Program-made: the position numbers and the translations under genes | Source of the DNA: Bugula neritina | Taxonomy: Eukaryota > Animalia > Bryozoa | DNA: 64,000 bases | Reading direction: 5' to 3' | Assembly: GCA_964035545.1 (NCBI GenBank) | Contig: OZ037769.1 | Span: 9,074,129-9,138,128 of the forward strand | The notes under the pieces: model-generated | What the model was told of the DNA's origin: nothing | Seen by the model: only the letters and a program-made list of their open reading frames with translations | The model's database searches: none | Shown: one piece after another, positions 9,481-20,701 of the stretch | How the letters are laid out: every line of letters starts with the position of its first letter | How positions within the stretch are numbered: position 1 is the first letter of the stretch

Positions 9481-9831
9481 ATGACCGCTAGAATTAAAAA
9501 ACACGCCAATACTCTAAGTTATTTAGCTGAATGTGATAAACACAACTGTAAAGCAATCATCAACGCAGCGGGTAGTGAACTGTTGAACTGTTTCTCGGAT
9601 ATTTGCTACAACGTATTAAAAGGCAAGGTGTCATTGTCACCTACTGAAGAAAACAACTTACGTAAATACAAAAATATTTTAAGAAAGATTGCTGATAAAA
9701 AGAGTACACTGAAAACTAAAAAAACACTGGTACAGAAAGGAGGGTTTCTCTCGGCTCTTTTAGGACCACTAATAGGAAGTGTTCTAGCACCACTAGCGAA
9801 AGGAATATTCAGCGGTTTTAGAAAAAGATGA
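9481..9831 (+). CDS. Conserved Polinton/adintovirus virion protein with a protease-releasable amphipathic C-terminal helix (candidate membrane-lytic protein)
   Basis: ICYNVLKG..LRKYKNILRKIAD..QKGG|FLSALLGPLIGSVLAPLAKGIF. Confidence 0.8.
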   Translation: MTARIKKHANTLSYLAECDKHNCKAIINAAGSELLNCFSDICYNVLKGKVSLSPTEENNLRKYKNILRKIADKKSTLKTKKTLVQKGGFLSALLGPLIGSVLAPLAKGIFSGFRKR

Positions 9832-10553
9832 ATTCGCAAAGCGCTAGAAAATTCTTATTAGTGGATGCCGCGGATCTAAAACACAACTCATTTGTAAATG
9901 CTGATGTCAGCAAAAATAATGATTATCAACAAGTCGAGAGAAACAAACCTTTGATTACTAAAGAACTATTTGCCGTAGATAACCTAATGAGTGAAATCTT
10001 AAATGACAACACGCTATCAGAAAATGAGAAAGTAACTGCTTATACCAACGCGTTGACTAATTATCAAGAGTTGAAAACTACTACTTATAAGAAAATAACT
10101 AGCACAAGGCTGCCTACTTTATCAAAGAATAGTGAACCACAACTAAAAGAAACAGAAAGTCTTACATCTTATAACCCACTACTATCTATCCCTCAAAAAT
10201 TTAAAACAAAGGCGAGTCAACTTTGGGATATACTGAAAAAATATGGTAAAGTTTCTGTAAATGATGCGGGGCAGGTAACTATTAACGGCAACCAACTACG
10301 CGGAAGCAATTTATCTGATCTATTAAATCTTGCGGTTAATAGTCAACTGAAAGGTAAAACATTGGAAGGGTGGAAATAATTTAGACAAGTATTAATTGAT
10401 TACAATGTACCCAAACTACTCATTAATCAAAACGTTATTGAAGAGAAATCTAAAAGTAGAAGAGAGTCTAGTAAATTGTCATCAGGCGAGTGGGATCCAT
10501 ACGATGGCAAGGCGAAAACAAAAAAAGCAAAATCCAGACTCCAGCTATACTGA
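9828..10553 (+). pseudogene. Conserved Polinton hypothetical protein with a premature TAA at 10377
   Basis: MSEILND..LSENEKV..Y...L, GSNLSDLL, EGWK*FRQVLIDYNVPKLLIN continues in frame past the stop to TGA at 10551. Confidence 0.7.
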
Positions 10554-11620
10554 TAAACACCTATTTCAATATTTCTAAACCAGCCGGATTTGGTAGTAAA
10601 GCAAAATTATACAAATCATTAAAAGACAAAGTAAGCAAGGGTGTAATTGATAGATGGTTTGAAAAAACTGACAGCTATAACCTACATAAACCTTTGCAAA
10701 AAAACTTTCCCATACGAAAGTATATTGTATCAGGCATTAATGCCATGTGGCAAATTGATTTAACAGATCTCCAACAGTTTTCATTCGAAAATAATGGGTT
10801 CAAGTATATACTATTAAGCAATGACACATTCAGTCGTAAAGCCTACGGTGTACCACTCAAAACTAAATTTGGTTTAGAAATGAGTAGAGCTATGAGGGAG
10901 ATTATAGAAAACGAAAACAAGAATACTCCACCAGAAATGATTTTATCAGATAGAGGCAAAGAATTCTTTAACCCTCAATTTAAAGCAATAATGAAAGAAT
11001 ACAACATAAACCACTTTTCATCTAACAATCAATAAATTAAAGCATCCATGGTTGAAAGACTGCAAAGAACACTAAAGGCTAAATTGTTTAGATATTTTAC
11101 TCATCAAAACAGTCACAGATATCTTGACATTCTCAATGATCTAATATCATCGTACAATAACTCGAAACACTCGGCTCATAACTCAACACCGAACGATGTG
11201 ACAGCTAACAATCAAGAAGAAATTTGGCATAGACTATACACAGATAGTCAGAGTGGTCAAACTAACAAACTAAAATACAATGTTGGAGATCTCGTTAGAA
11301 TATCGAAATATAGTACAGTATTTAAAAAAGGATACCTTCCTTCTTGGAGTGGAGAAATCTTTACCGTAGCAAAAATCCACACTACTAATCCTCCAGTGTA
11401 TTCACTCACGGATGACAGCGGTGATCAGCTAGAAGGAACATGGTATAAACCGGAATTACAAAAAGTAAACACCAAGAGCAACACCTATAAAATAGAGTCA
11501 ATTGTTGGTCAGCGTACTGTAAATGGTAAAAAACAATTTCTTGTAAGGTGGGCTGGATATCCGCCAAGTTTTGACTCGTATGTTGATAAAAGAGATGTAA
11601 TTTTAAACTATAAGAATTAG
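10504..11620 (+). pseudogene. Polinton DDE (rve) integrase with SH3-like domain and C-terminal chromodomain; nonsense at 11033
   Basis: WQIDL, SDRGKEF, NNQ*IKASMVER (DDE triad); VGDLVRISK..FKKGY..WS.EIF; YKIESIV..FLVRWAGYP chromodomain; start uncertain. Confidence 0.93.
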
Positions 11621-11653
11621 ATAATAAACTTATATGTTGTCACTCTTACAAAG

Positions 11654-12424
11654 ATGCGCGTTGTTTTACCTAGTAATGCTTCGTTGAAGCATTTTCCGAA
11701 AAATAGGCTTTCAGTATACACAGTTCAATTGCCTCAAAGTTTAGATTTTACGGATGGCTCTTACGAGATCGGATTGAGTGAGATACAATTTTATAAATCA
11801 TGGTTCAATGTGAAACAGTGCAGCATAACCTTAAAAGTAAATGAAGCTGAAGAAACAGTGCATCTAGATGACGGTTACTACAAATCAGATAGAAAGCTAA
11901 TACAATCTATCAATCAAGCAATAAATGACCAGTGTTGAAATCTGAAAGTAAAATTTAATTTCTATTACAACGACGTCAATAAGAATTTTTATGTCATTGC
12001 TGAAAATGTTAGAGGTTGCTCTATAGACATCACATACTCACCATCTCTTGAGAAAATACTTAATGTACAGGAAGAAAAAATGGAGATAAAATCAATGACC
12101 GATGACACAATTTTGGTCAAGTACAATACTCCAATAAGATTACATACAATATTTAACCTGATGGTGTATACAGATGTAGCAGAATCTAGTATTGTTGGAG
12201 ATACTCAGGCTCAACTACTAAGAGTTGTAGGAGTCGAGGATGGTCATTGGAGGTTGCAGTCCACTAACTTTAACAATGTACAGTACTGCAAAATAAATAA
12301 AACGCATGTTTCGAGTGTATCAATTTATATATACACGGATTACGGTGAAAGAGTACCATTCACGCATGGACGTACAGTGGTAACAATAGATATTCGAAAA
12401 GTTAAACCTATAAACCTAATATGA
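11654..12424 (+). pseudogene. Minor capsid protein (penton), in-frame TGA at 11936
   Basis: VLPSNAS..FPKN..YTVQLP..YEIGLSEI N-terminus; VYTDV..SIVGD..LLRVV and TDYGERVPF C-terminus; both ORF halves in the same frame. Confidence 0.88.
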
Positions 12425-12852
12425 GAATAATTCCATTCGATTGTGATGCCGCATCAAATAGCTATAGACAGTTATATGAACAATCAGGAAATGGAATGAT
12501 TCCAATATTTTCAGGAGAAAAATATCAAACAGGATACGGTTTAGGGAGCATATTTGGTAACATACTCAAAGCAGCATTGCCTGTTGTAAAACAAGGTGTA
12601 AAAAGTTTAGGAAAGACAGCAATAAATACTGGTCTAAACATTGCCAGAGATAGTTTATCCGGTAAACCATTCAGAGAGTCAATCAAAGATAACATCAACA
12701 GAGCGGCTGGAGAGGTTATTACTAAAGGTATTACATACGTCACCAACAGAAATCGAAATAAAAAAAGGAAGCGTCAGACTAACAGAGTTACTTCTTCCAA
12801 GTCTTCAAAGGTGAAAAGACGTAGGGTTACTAAACGCGATATCTTTTCATAG
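12421..12852 (+). CDS. Basic core/virion protein precursor with protease-site-like QxGxG motifs
   Basis: QSGNG, QTGYGLGSIFGNILKAALP, Arg/Lys-rich tail ending RDIFS. Confidence 0.8.
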   Translation: MRIIPFDCDAASNSYRQLYEQSGNGMIPIFSGEKYQTGYGLGSIFGNILKAALPVVKQGVKSLGKTAINTGLNIARDSLSGKPFRESIKDNINRAAGEVITKGITYVTNRNRNKKRKRQTNRVTSSKSSKVKRRRVTKRDIFS

Positions 12853-12863
12853 AATACTATACT

Positions 12864-14167
12864 ATGAGTTTCATAATAGAACATAGCTGCCTCGCTGGCA
12901 AACCCGAATTAAATTTATTTTCTACACTACCTACTTAAGCATCAATCGAAGAAGGATATCACGTAGAACATATGCCCACAACCTCATTGAATGATGAGGG
13001 ACCTATAAAATTCTTAATCTCTGGTGATTCAAACAACTACCTTGACCCCAGTTTAAGCTATCTATTATTAGAGGTGAAAGTAACAAAAGCTGACGGTACC
13101 GATCTCGATGCTCAAGGTGATGCGGCTCCTATAAACCTTTTGGGTCACACATTATTTCAACAAGTAGAAATTATGCTAAATTAATGATGTAGTTATTTCC
13201 AACGCTTCTAATCTCTACCACTGCAGAGCTCTTATAGAAACTTTACTAAGTTACTCCGATGAAGCTAAAAAGTCACAACTATCAATGTCACTCTACTCAA
13301 AGGATACACCCGGAAAAATGGATCATATTGATGGTGATAATGAAGGCTTGGAAGCTAGAAGACGAATTACGGGGCAGAGTAAAACTGTGCAGTTAATTGT
13401 TAGACCACACGCTGACATATTCTTTCAAAGACGATTCATTTTAAACGGAGTAGACATGAAATTAAAGTTTGTGAGGAATCACAACAGCTTAGTGCTAATG
13501 GCTGGTGAAAACTCTACTTGCAAACTAAAAATCCTAAACGCATCTTTTTTCTTTCGAAAAGTTAAAATCAATAGCGGAATACAATTGAAGCACATTGAAA
13601 ATTTAGACAAGAAATTATTGCCCGCCGTTTATCCTATCAGAAGAGTTGATATAAAGTCATTCAATATCGCATTGGGTTCATTGTCTTGGAACGAAGAAAA
13701 TTTATTTCACGGTATTCTGCCTAAGAGGATAGTTATAGGTATTGTAAACGCTGGTGCATTCGAAGGCGCGTACAATTTGAATCCTTTCAACTTTCAGCAC
13801 AAACATTTAAAATATACAAACCTAGTCGTTGACGGGAAACAAGTAGCCTACCTCAGAAGGCATTGGTTTCAGACTACACAAATCATAATACTCTAAGAAA
13901 CTATTTTACGCTCTTGGAATCAACGATGGCGGAATAGATATAGATAGAGAGGAATACGAAAAAGGTTACAGTCTAATGGCCTTTGATTTAACTCCTGACC
14001 TAGATTTGAGCACTTGCTTTCATTTGATGAAGCGAGGAACAATGAGATTAGAGCTAAAGTTTTCTCAGGCTCTTGACACACCCGTTAATGTGATTGTCTA
14101 CTCCGAATTTGACTCTGGTATAAAAATTGATAAGAATAGAGCCGTACTTACAAATTTCTACGCGTGA
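12864..14167 (+). pseudogene. Double jelly-roll major capsid protein (hexon-like), several lesions
   Basis: KPELNLFSTLPT*ASIE, PHADIFFQRRFILNGVD, PKRIVIG, NPFNFQH, AFDLTPD; TAA at 12936, frameshifts near 13180, 13848 and 13922. Confidence 0.92.
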
Positions 14168-14706
14168 TGAATTTTAAAGAAATATATTCCATTCTTGAGA
14201 ACGATGAGTGGGTGAAAAATATGAACTTCATCGGTGTATTTCCAATCGATAGAATACCTAGTAGTAGTTTGACGGATTATCCTTGCTGTGGAGTTGTAAA
14301 CACTAAACCTCAAAATCATCCGGGAGAGCACTGGGTAATGTTTCTAAAGACAGAAAATAACACAGGAGTTTATTTTGACTCTTTTGGAAGTGGTCTTTAC
14401 AACATGCCAGAGGTTGCGGCTATATTTGATTCAGTGGACTCTTGGCAATTTAGTAGCACTCAGGTACAATCTATATTTTCTACAGTTTGCGGACAATATT
14501 GTATTTTTGTGTTAACGCATTTAGCCAGAGGTTTCTCACTAGAACACATTATATCTTTAATAAATGATTGTTGTGATACATACGCAAATGATGCTTTTAT
14601 ATTTAATTACATTAATCAAAAATGTAGTAATTTTCTAAATAAAAAATTGGAAATTGTAGACTTACCTTTTATTTTTGAGCAAGCTTCTTATCCTGTTGAA
14701 ATTTAA
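14167..14706 (+). CDS. Adenain/Ulp1-like (clan CE) cysteine maturation protease
   Basis: GEHW (His), YFDSFG (Asp), QSIFSTVCGQYC (Gln/Cys); AATAAA at 14743 follows. Confidence 0.95.
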   Translation: MNFKEIYSILENDEWVKNMNFIGVFPIDRIPSSSLTDYPCCGVVNTKPQNHPGEHWVMFLKTENNTGVYFDSFGSGLYNMPEVAAIFDSVDSWQFSSTQVQSIFSTVCGQYCIFVLTHLARGFSLEHIISLINDCCDTYANDAFIFNYINQKCSNFLNKKLEIVDLPFIFEQASYPVEI

Positions 14707-16907
14707 AGCTGTATTATTCTATTATGACATTTTTTTCAAGAAAATAAACGCATGGTGAAAAAAAATCTCTTTCTGGTTATTGAATATTATACGAGTGTAG
14801 AATATACCAAAGTGACAACAGTGATATAACGAGGCAAACTAATCATAGATCAATTTTTTAGTACGTGAGACTCTGACTACTTAGTTAGTCAAAAGGTGTA
14901 ATTTGTTCACTGTAAGCTAAATTTAATAGCTACCACCTGTCAACTTTACGGCTTACAATGCTAATTCATCATTAACGAATACAATGCCCACATAGTTAAC
15001 GAGCTGCTAATTTCCATAGCCATAGAGTCTACACTACGTTGACAAATTGGCTGATGCGAGAAGCTTACTTCCATAGCCATAGAGGGCGCTTATTATACTA
15101 CTCAGCAGTGACTCATCTCGACTGCCTGTAAACTATGAAGCTTCAAATCGTATACTGTAGGCCCATGGTCCAACTCTAAAACAATTACACACTCTACATG
15201 AGACAGGATCACTGGTTGTTAGAGGGGATAGGGAGGAGGGAGGGGGGAAGGGAAAACAAAAACGTCTAAATTTAAGAGTAAAGGCGGGTGTACAATGCAA
15301 AGGTCTTTGAGCATCACTGATATTTTCATAATAACTGCAAGGCACAAACTCTTGCTGATGGACAATCAGACAGAAAAACTCTTTCAATTAACCAAACCAA
15401 TATCAACCTGTGTCTGCTTTGTAAAAAACACCAAGAACAGAAATTTAGGAAAGATAACTCCCACCTACTCCTATCTTGCACCCGGTGCTAGTGCAATGAA
15501 ATTGAAAGGATATATTTCATAGTCATATATTCAGCTAGTTCTTCTGAGTAGAAAGAAATAACATTGCCGAAAAAGTTGAAGAGGTGAAGCACTGTAGAAT
15601 TTTGGTAAGTTAAATTATGCATATGTTATTATTTATTTGTCAAAATAATATTATTTTATATTTTCTTCTACTCAGTAGTGCCAACAATGAATATTTTATC
15701 ATTGTTTAATGCAGTCGTGAATCTCAACAATGATTTATAATAATATGCATTGTCAATTTTCGCAAAATTCCAGTCCTCAGTCCTCTAGTTCAAGATTGGC
15801 ATCACTATACACACAAGATTTAAGAAGTTGTGTCATGTCAGCTAACCAGCACAAGAAGTCTACACAGTTTGTTTGCAGACGTTTGCATTTGACATTAGGA
15901 CTAAAGTGTTCACTACATGGAGATTTCAACTTCACTTTTTTCAACTTGTTTTGGATCTACTTGTCACATCTGGTTTGCTCACTCTGATAGGTTTATTTCA
16001 TTAACTTTCTAGAGCAATTTTCCTAACTTTCTGAAGAGTTTGTAGTGATGCAAAATGTTATCAGATATCGCTTGGCAACCTGCCAATACAGTTAAACAAC
16101 TGGAGCTGCGTTACTAATTGTAAGAGAGAGCACAACTGACAAGAACTCAAATTTTAGTAATTGTATGGAAATAATATCAAATATATCCCACCTATGGGTG
16201 AATGCATTATGCACATAAATAATAGTGTGCGTTATATAAAATAGAAAACCTGAGAACTCAGGCAAACCTATGCAAAAATCTTTCAAAAAGGTTAAATCGA
16301 AAAGAGAGTTGAAAGCTGGAAAAAGATTATTAAGGAGTTGAAGTTTTCAAATGTGGAGATGGATCATAGAATGTATAGTTGAAGGCTTGCCATTTTCAAT
16401 AAATACAACTATTATGAATATAAATTCATGAATAACATGAAGCTAATTGAGGAACTTTAATTCATGCAGAGATTTAAAACATTTACAAATATAAATGTAA
16501 AAGCTACATCTTACAAGATTTTTGTTTTAAAAAGTTATAAAATATAATGTATGATTCAGTGCTTCAGTACTAGTGTAAACACTTGTATGATTAATTCATT
16601 AAAATATCCATAAAATACAACATAAACAGTGTAAACGGTCATGGAAAATAAAGAACAGAAAATACTTTAAAAAATATAGACTATACTCAAAACAAAATCT
16701 ACATTTATCAAAAATAAGGTTTAAAAGTTAGTATTATGATCACAGGCAGAAGCGGAGATTGTATAATTTTACCTAAAGTAACTTAGAACCTTCTCATTAA
16801 ACCTCTAGATATTACGCTGCATGGAATGCATGAAGAAAAATTAAAAAATCAAATAATTTCCTAACTTTGGTTGTCAACTTAGAGAGGAGACAGTGTGGGA
16901 TAGAAGG

Positions 16908-19900
16908 CTATGAGAACCTATCCTTGAGGGCACTGAGCACCCCACCCATTAGACTCTTTGTCAACTTTTCCTCCTTGCTAGATACCTTAGTGTATACTTT
17001 GCTCAATATGGGGGCGGAGCTATCAACAGGAAGTACGGTGACATCATCTTTAGAAAACCCTTCAGGAAGATCAAACTCTATAACTACTGGAGAATTTGAT
17101 GGCTTATACCTGAGAGTGCAGGTAGCTGCATTGATGTATGTAGTAGTGCCATCTGTGTACATTCCGTAGCCTGAGAAGTAAATTATTACCAGACATACAT
17201 AAGTAGTATATATAATCTAGTATAGGCATAGGTTTTCTGTAACCCAGCAGTGCTTTTATATCATTGGCAGTGTCTAAGGCTTATTGATTCAACTTCACAT
17301 AATAATATGTGCATCAGAAAAATAAAGCCAATAAAGGCCAAAGGCTATGTAAATGCATTATGTAAGGTTAGAATCTAGATGATAAAGGAGCAAGATTAGG
17401 GGATACTGCGAACATGCCAGGGTTAGTAGTGCTAGTAAACTATTGGTATATCTATCACATGTATGTGAAATTTAGAAGGTGCAAAGCCTCCTTTTATAAT
17501 ATGATTGTAGGATGCACAACACATGGATAAGTGCATGTTTAGCATTACTAGGTTTAAAATCCACTTTAACCAATTTAAACACAAAATTGTTTAAAGTTAT
17601 TGATAAGTAAATGGATTGAAACAATACCAAGGTTACAAGTATATTGCAATGCTAATTATCTAAGTGATAATGATATCATCATAAAACTAGAGCTGTAACT
17701 TTATCATTTGTCTCTACTCATTGTATTAGGTATGAATTGTTGATAAGTTACTGAAATAGCATTGACTATCATAAAAGATGAGTGATTTGTAATGAACCCT
17801 TTTTTTTGTTTCAGTACAAATAAATTTTGAGGTTATTGGTATTTCATAAAATCTAGTGATGTGTGACAATCAGATGTCTACTTATAGGGTTACCAACCTC
17901 TCTTTCAACAGCCTGACAGTACTACTACTAACCTTCATGTATATGTCCAAACAAGTGCACCTTCGGTTTAACTCGCTGAGTGATTGTAGAGTAGAGTTCA
18001 ACACAGCCAGTTCGCTCATCATGTGGAGTTAAGTCCCCTACACCTGTGACAGGGCAGACACTCATATATGATATTATATAACACAGCAAGTAGAAAAGGT
18101 GTTGTCAAGGTGATTAGCAACACACAGCAACACATACCCAGTGGAGGTCCATGCGTCACCACTATATCCGTATCTGTAGGAATTCTATCCCAGATATTCA
18201 GAAGCTCTGCTCCCCTCATGGCATTATATGCCCACCCATGGAAGTATGGAGTCCTAATACATCACAAAACTTTTATATTATGTTGGATAAACAATTCCAA
18301 TGTCTCAAGTCTAAACTATTCTAGGATACAATCAATTTTGTAAACAAACACAATCTATGGGCAGAAGCTCACCATGCTGAGCCCCATATCTTCAGACCAC
18401 ACACAGACACTGAGCTGTTGTCCAAGTATATACATCCTTTGAGCAACTCTTTAGGGTGCGAAATTTTCAATTCACTCAACTAAAATAAATGAATACTAAA
18501 TCAATTTCTGAAATAATTAGGAAAGTTTTGAGTGTAATTAGACATACAGGTAACCCCTTCTAACCCACTGCCCACTGCTACATACACATCTTTTAACCAC
18601 TACCAGACCTGTATGCCAGTAACTAGTGTACAGCTTGAGCTAAAGCTCTCCAAAGCAATATTCATGCTTCTTTACACTTGGCGCTTACAATTAATTAGAA
18701 ATGTCAATAAAACTAAGACGCTATAGAGTGTAGAGGGTTGATGCAATTACATGTCCAACAACCATTACTGACTCTGTGAAATTCAAACCCTGCTGCCAAA
18801 ACAACACCTTTATCCACCACTAGATCTACTACAAAGAAAGTACCTCTAATCTTTAAATCTTTATCCGTATGGTTACAGTGCATAATGCTAGTTATCACTT
18901 CCTTCAAAGCTATGATCACTCAACTTAATAGTATGAATATGTTAGATAAACTACCACTATTTAGCTCTCAGTTACCACCCAATAGTATATACACTGCTGC
19001 TGATTATACACTGTACAGTCAATATAACTGTGTTGACAATTGATATGATTTCATTTCAAGTCACCGAAAGGGGTTTTTACAAGATTTGTAAGAGAAATTA
19101 AAATGATTACATAATAATATGAGCTTGTTTATCTGTTAAGTAAAAGTAATGAGTCACCACCTGTTATAATAAATATGATTGTCAACAATACGATTCACCT
19201 GCAAGGTGCACAGTTATCATACTATAACACACCTTTGCATCAATAGCTTCAGCACCTGACTGCCCACATATTCTCTCCACAGTTGAGGGGTCACAGTAAC
19301 CGTCAGCATATCCTAAGCAGAGCTCGTGGTTACCAGCTATAACCACCTTGTGCTTATGTGGCTGCTTTTCTACAGAACACAAAAAAATGTAGTGCTGCCA
19401 GTTTGAATTTTCCCTAAAGAAAGACAACTAGAACCTGGTATTAAAATCAGCTTCAAATGTACATCACATATTCATTTATCATTGGAAATAGTGGCAGTAA
19501 TCAAGTTTATTATATATTAATGGTGAGAGAACTCTAGGCACAGTGATAGCTGTGAGTTGCAAGTAGACAATATCCTTACTAATAATGAAATTAGTTTGAA
19601 ATCATCTATCTTACAGGAATAGCTTAGAACACTTTTCTAGTTGGCCAACATAACAGGAATAACAATAATATGATTCCCAACAATTTACAGACCTATAAAG
19701 TCAGCAAACTTTTGAACTTCCTCTACACGACCTCGCATAGTGAAGTCTCCTGCATGCAGAAGGATATCACCGTCGGGGATTTTCATCTGACTAGTCTTGC
19801 TGTGAGTGTCAGATATGCATACAACTCTAACCTGCAACAAGCAGACCTTCACAGTAGACCAGCTGCTAGCACACAGAGAGCTAGATCAGTAGATCTTTTC

Positions 19901-20701
19901 TCAGAATGAGGAGATAGCAAGTTGAGAAGAAAGAAACTAAAGAGATGTAACTATACAGCTGTATATTGAGCCTTATATGAAATACACTCTTAATGTAAAT
20001 CAAAGAAGAGGATACATTATAAATTTAAAAACGAAATCTTCTGACAATGATACTGTGTTTTTTAAACATTTCGCACGCAATGAACTTATTGTATGTCTTT
20101 CATGTTATTCATATAGTTACACAAATATGAGAGTGGGTATGCAATCACTCTAAAAACAAGGAAATAATGAGTCAAGTGTTATTGTAGCATGTAAAGTGCT
20201 GCATTTACTCAAAGCTGTTATCAGTAAAACTTAATAGACCTACAAAACAAATAGATTTTAGAAAAAAAAAATTAATTTAGTGCTTCAGTCACATTTGCTA
20301 TTCTGAACAATCGCAACCAAATATTAGTTATAGAAAATTGTAATGTGCTTATTTGCACAGTTCACACAAATAAATATTTCTATCAAAAGTAAATAAATCT
20401 TGTAGTGAGTCAATAAAGTTAGCTAAGGTACCTTGTTGGGAGTTACTGGTTGATCTGGGTTATTTATAGATAATGATTTCAGGTGATCCCATTTCATTGT
20501 GTCATAGGCTTTGCATGGATCATTAGCAAATTTGTGCACACTACAACCACACACACATAGGAATAGACACAAGTTAAGACCAATGAAATTCAGTAAAGAG
20601 TAACACCATTATTCCCACTGCGCAGGTTGTTAGTTAATATCTAGTAGAGTTACTTACTTTATACCATGAGGAGACACATACTCATGTGCAGCTCCGGCCA
20701 T
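16908..20701 (-). CDS. MPPED: Metallophosphoesterase domain-containing protein (MPPED1/2-like), 8 exons
   Basis: Exons encode VCISDTH, LHAGDFT, VIAGNHE, VTHGPP, FGHIHE, YINAATC; GT-AG boundaries (exons near 20658-20701, 20432-20541, 19693-19831, 19233-19369, 18373-18479, 18138-18253, 17933-18043, 16908-17170). Confidence 0.92.

Larger units (their letters stand above)
740..14760 (+). mobile_element. Endogenous Maverick/Polinton (adintovirus-type) DNA virus, mildly decayed; true ends not identified
   Basis: Hallmark gene set on one strand: pPolB, A32/FtsK-like ATPase, retroviral-type integrase, minor and major capsid proteins, adenain-type protease. No matching TIR pair found in the window, so the boundaries given are those of the gene block. 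Confidence 0.96.

Noticed and set aside
15544-15675. Imperfect 17-bp inverted repeat (CTGAGTAGAA..) as a Maverick terminus
   Set aside because: The arms are only about 130 bp apart; more likely a small MITE relic or chance.
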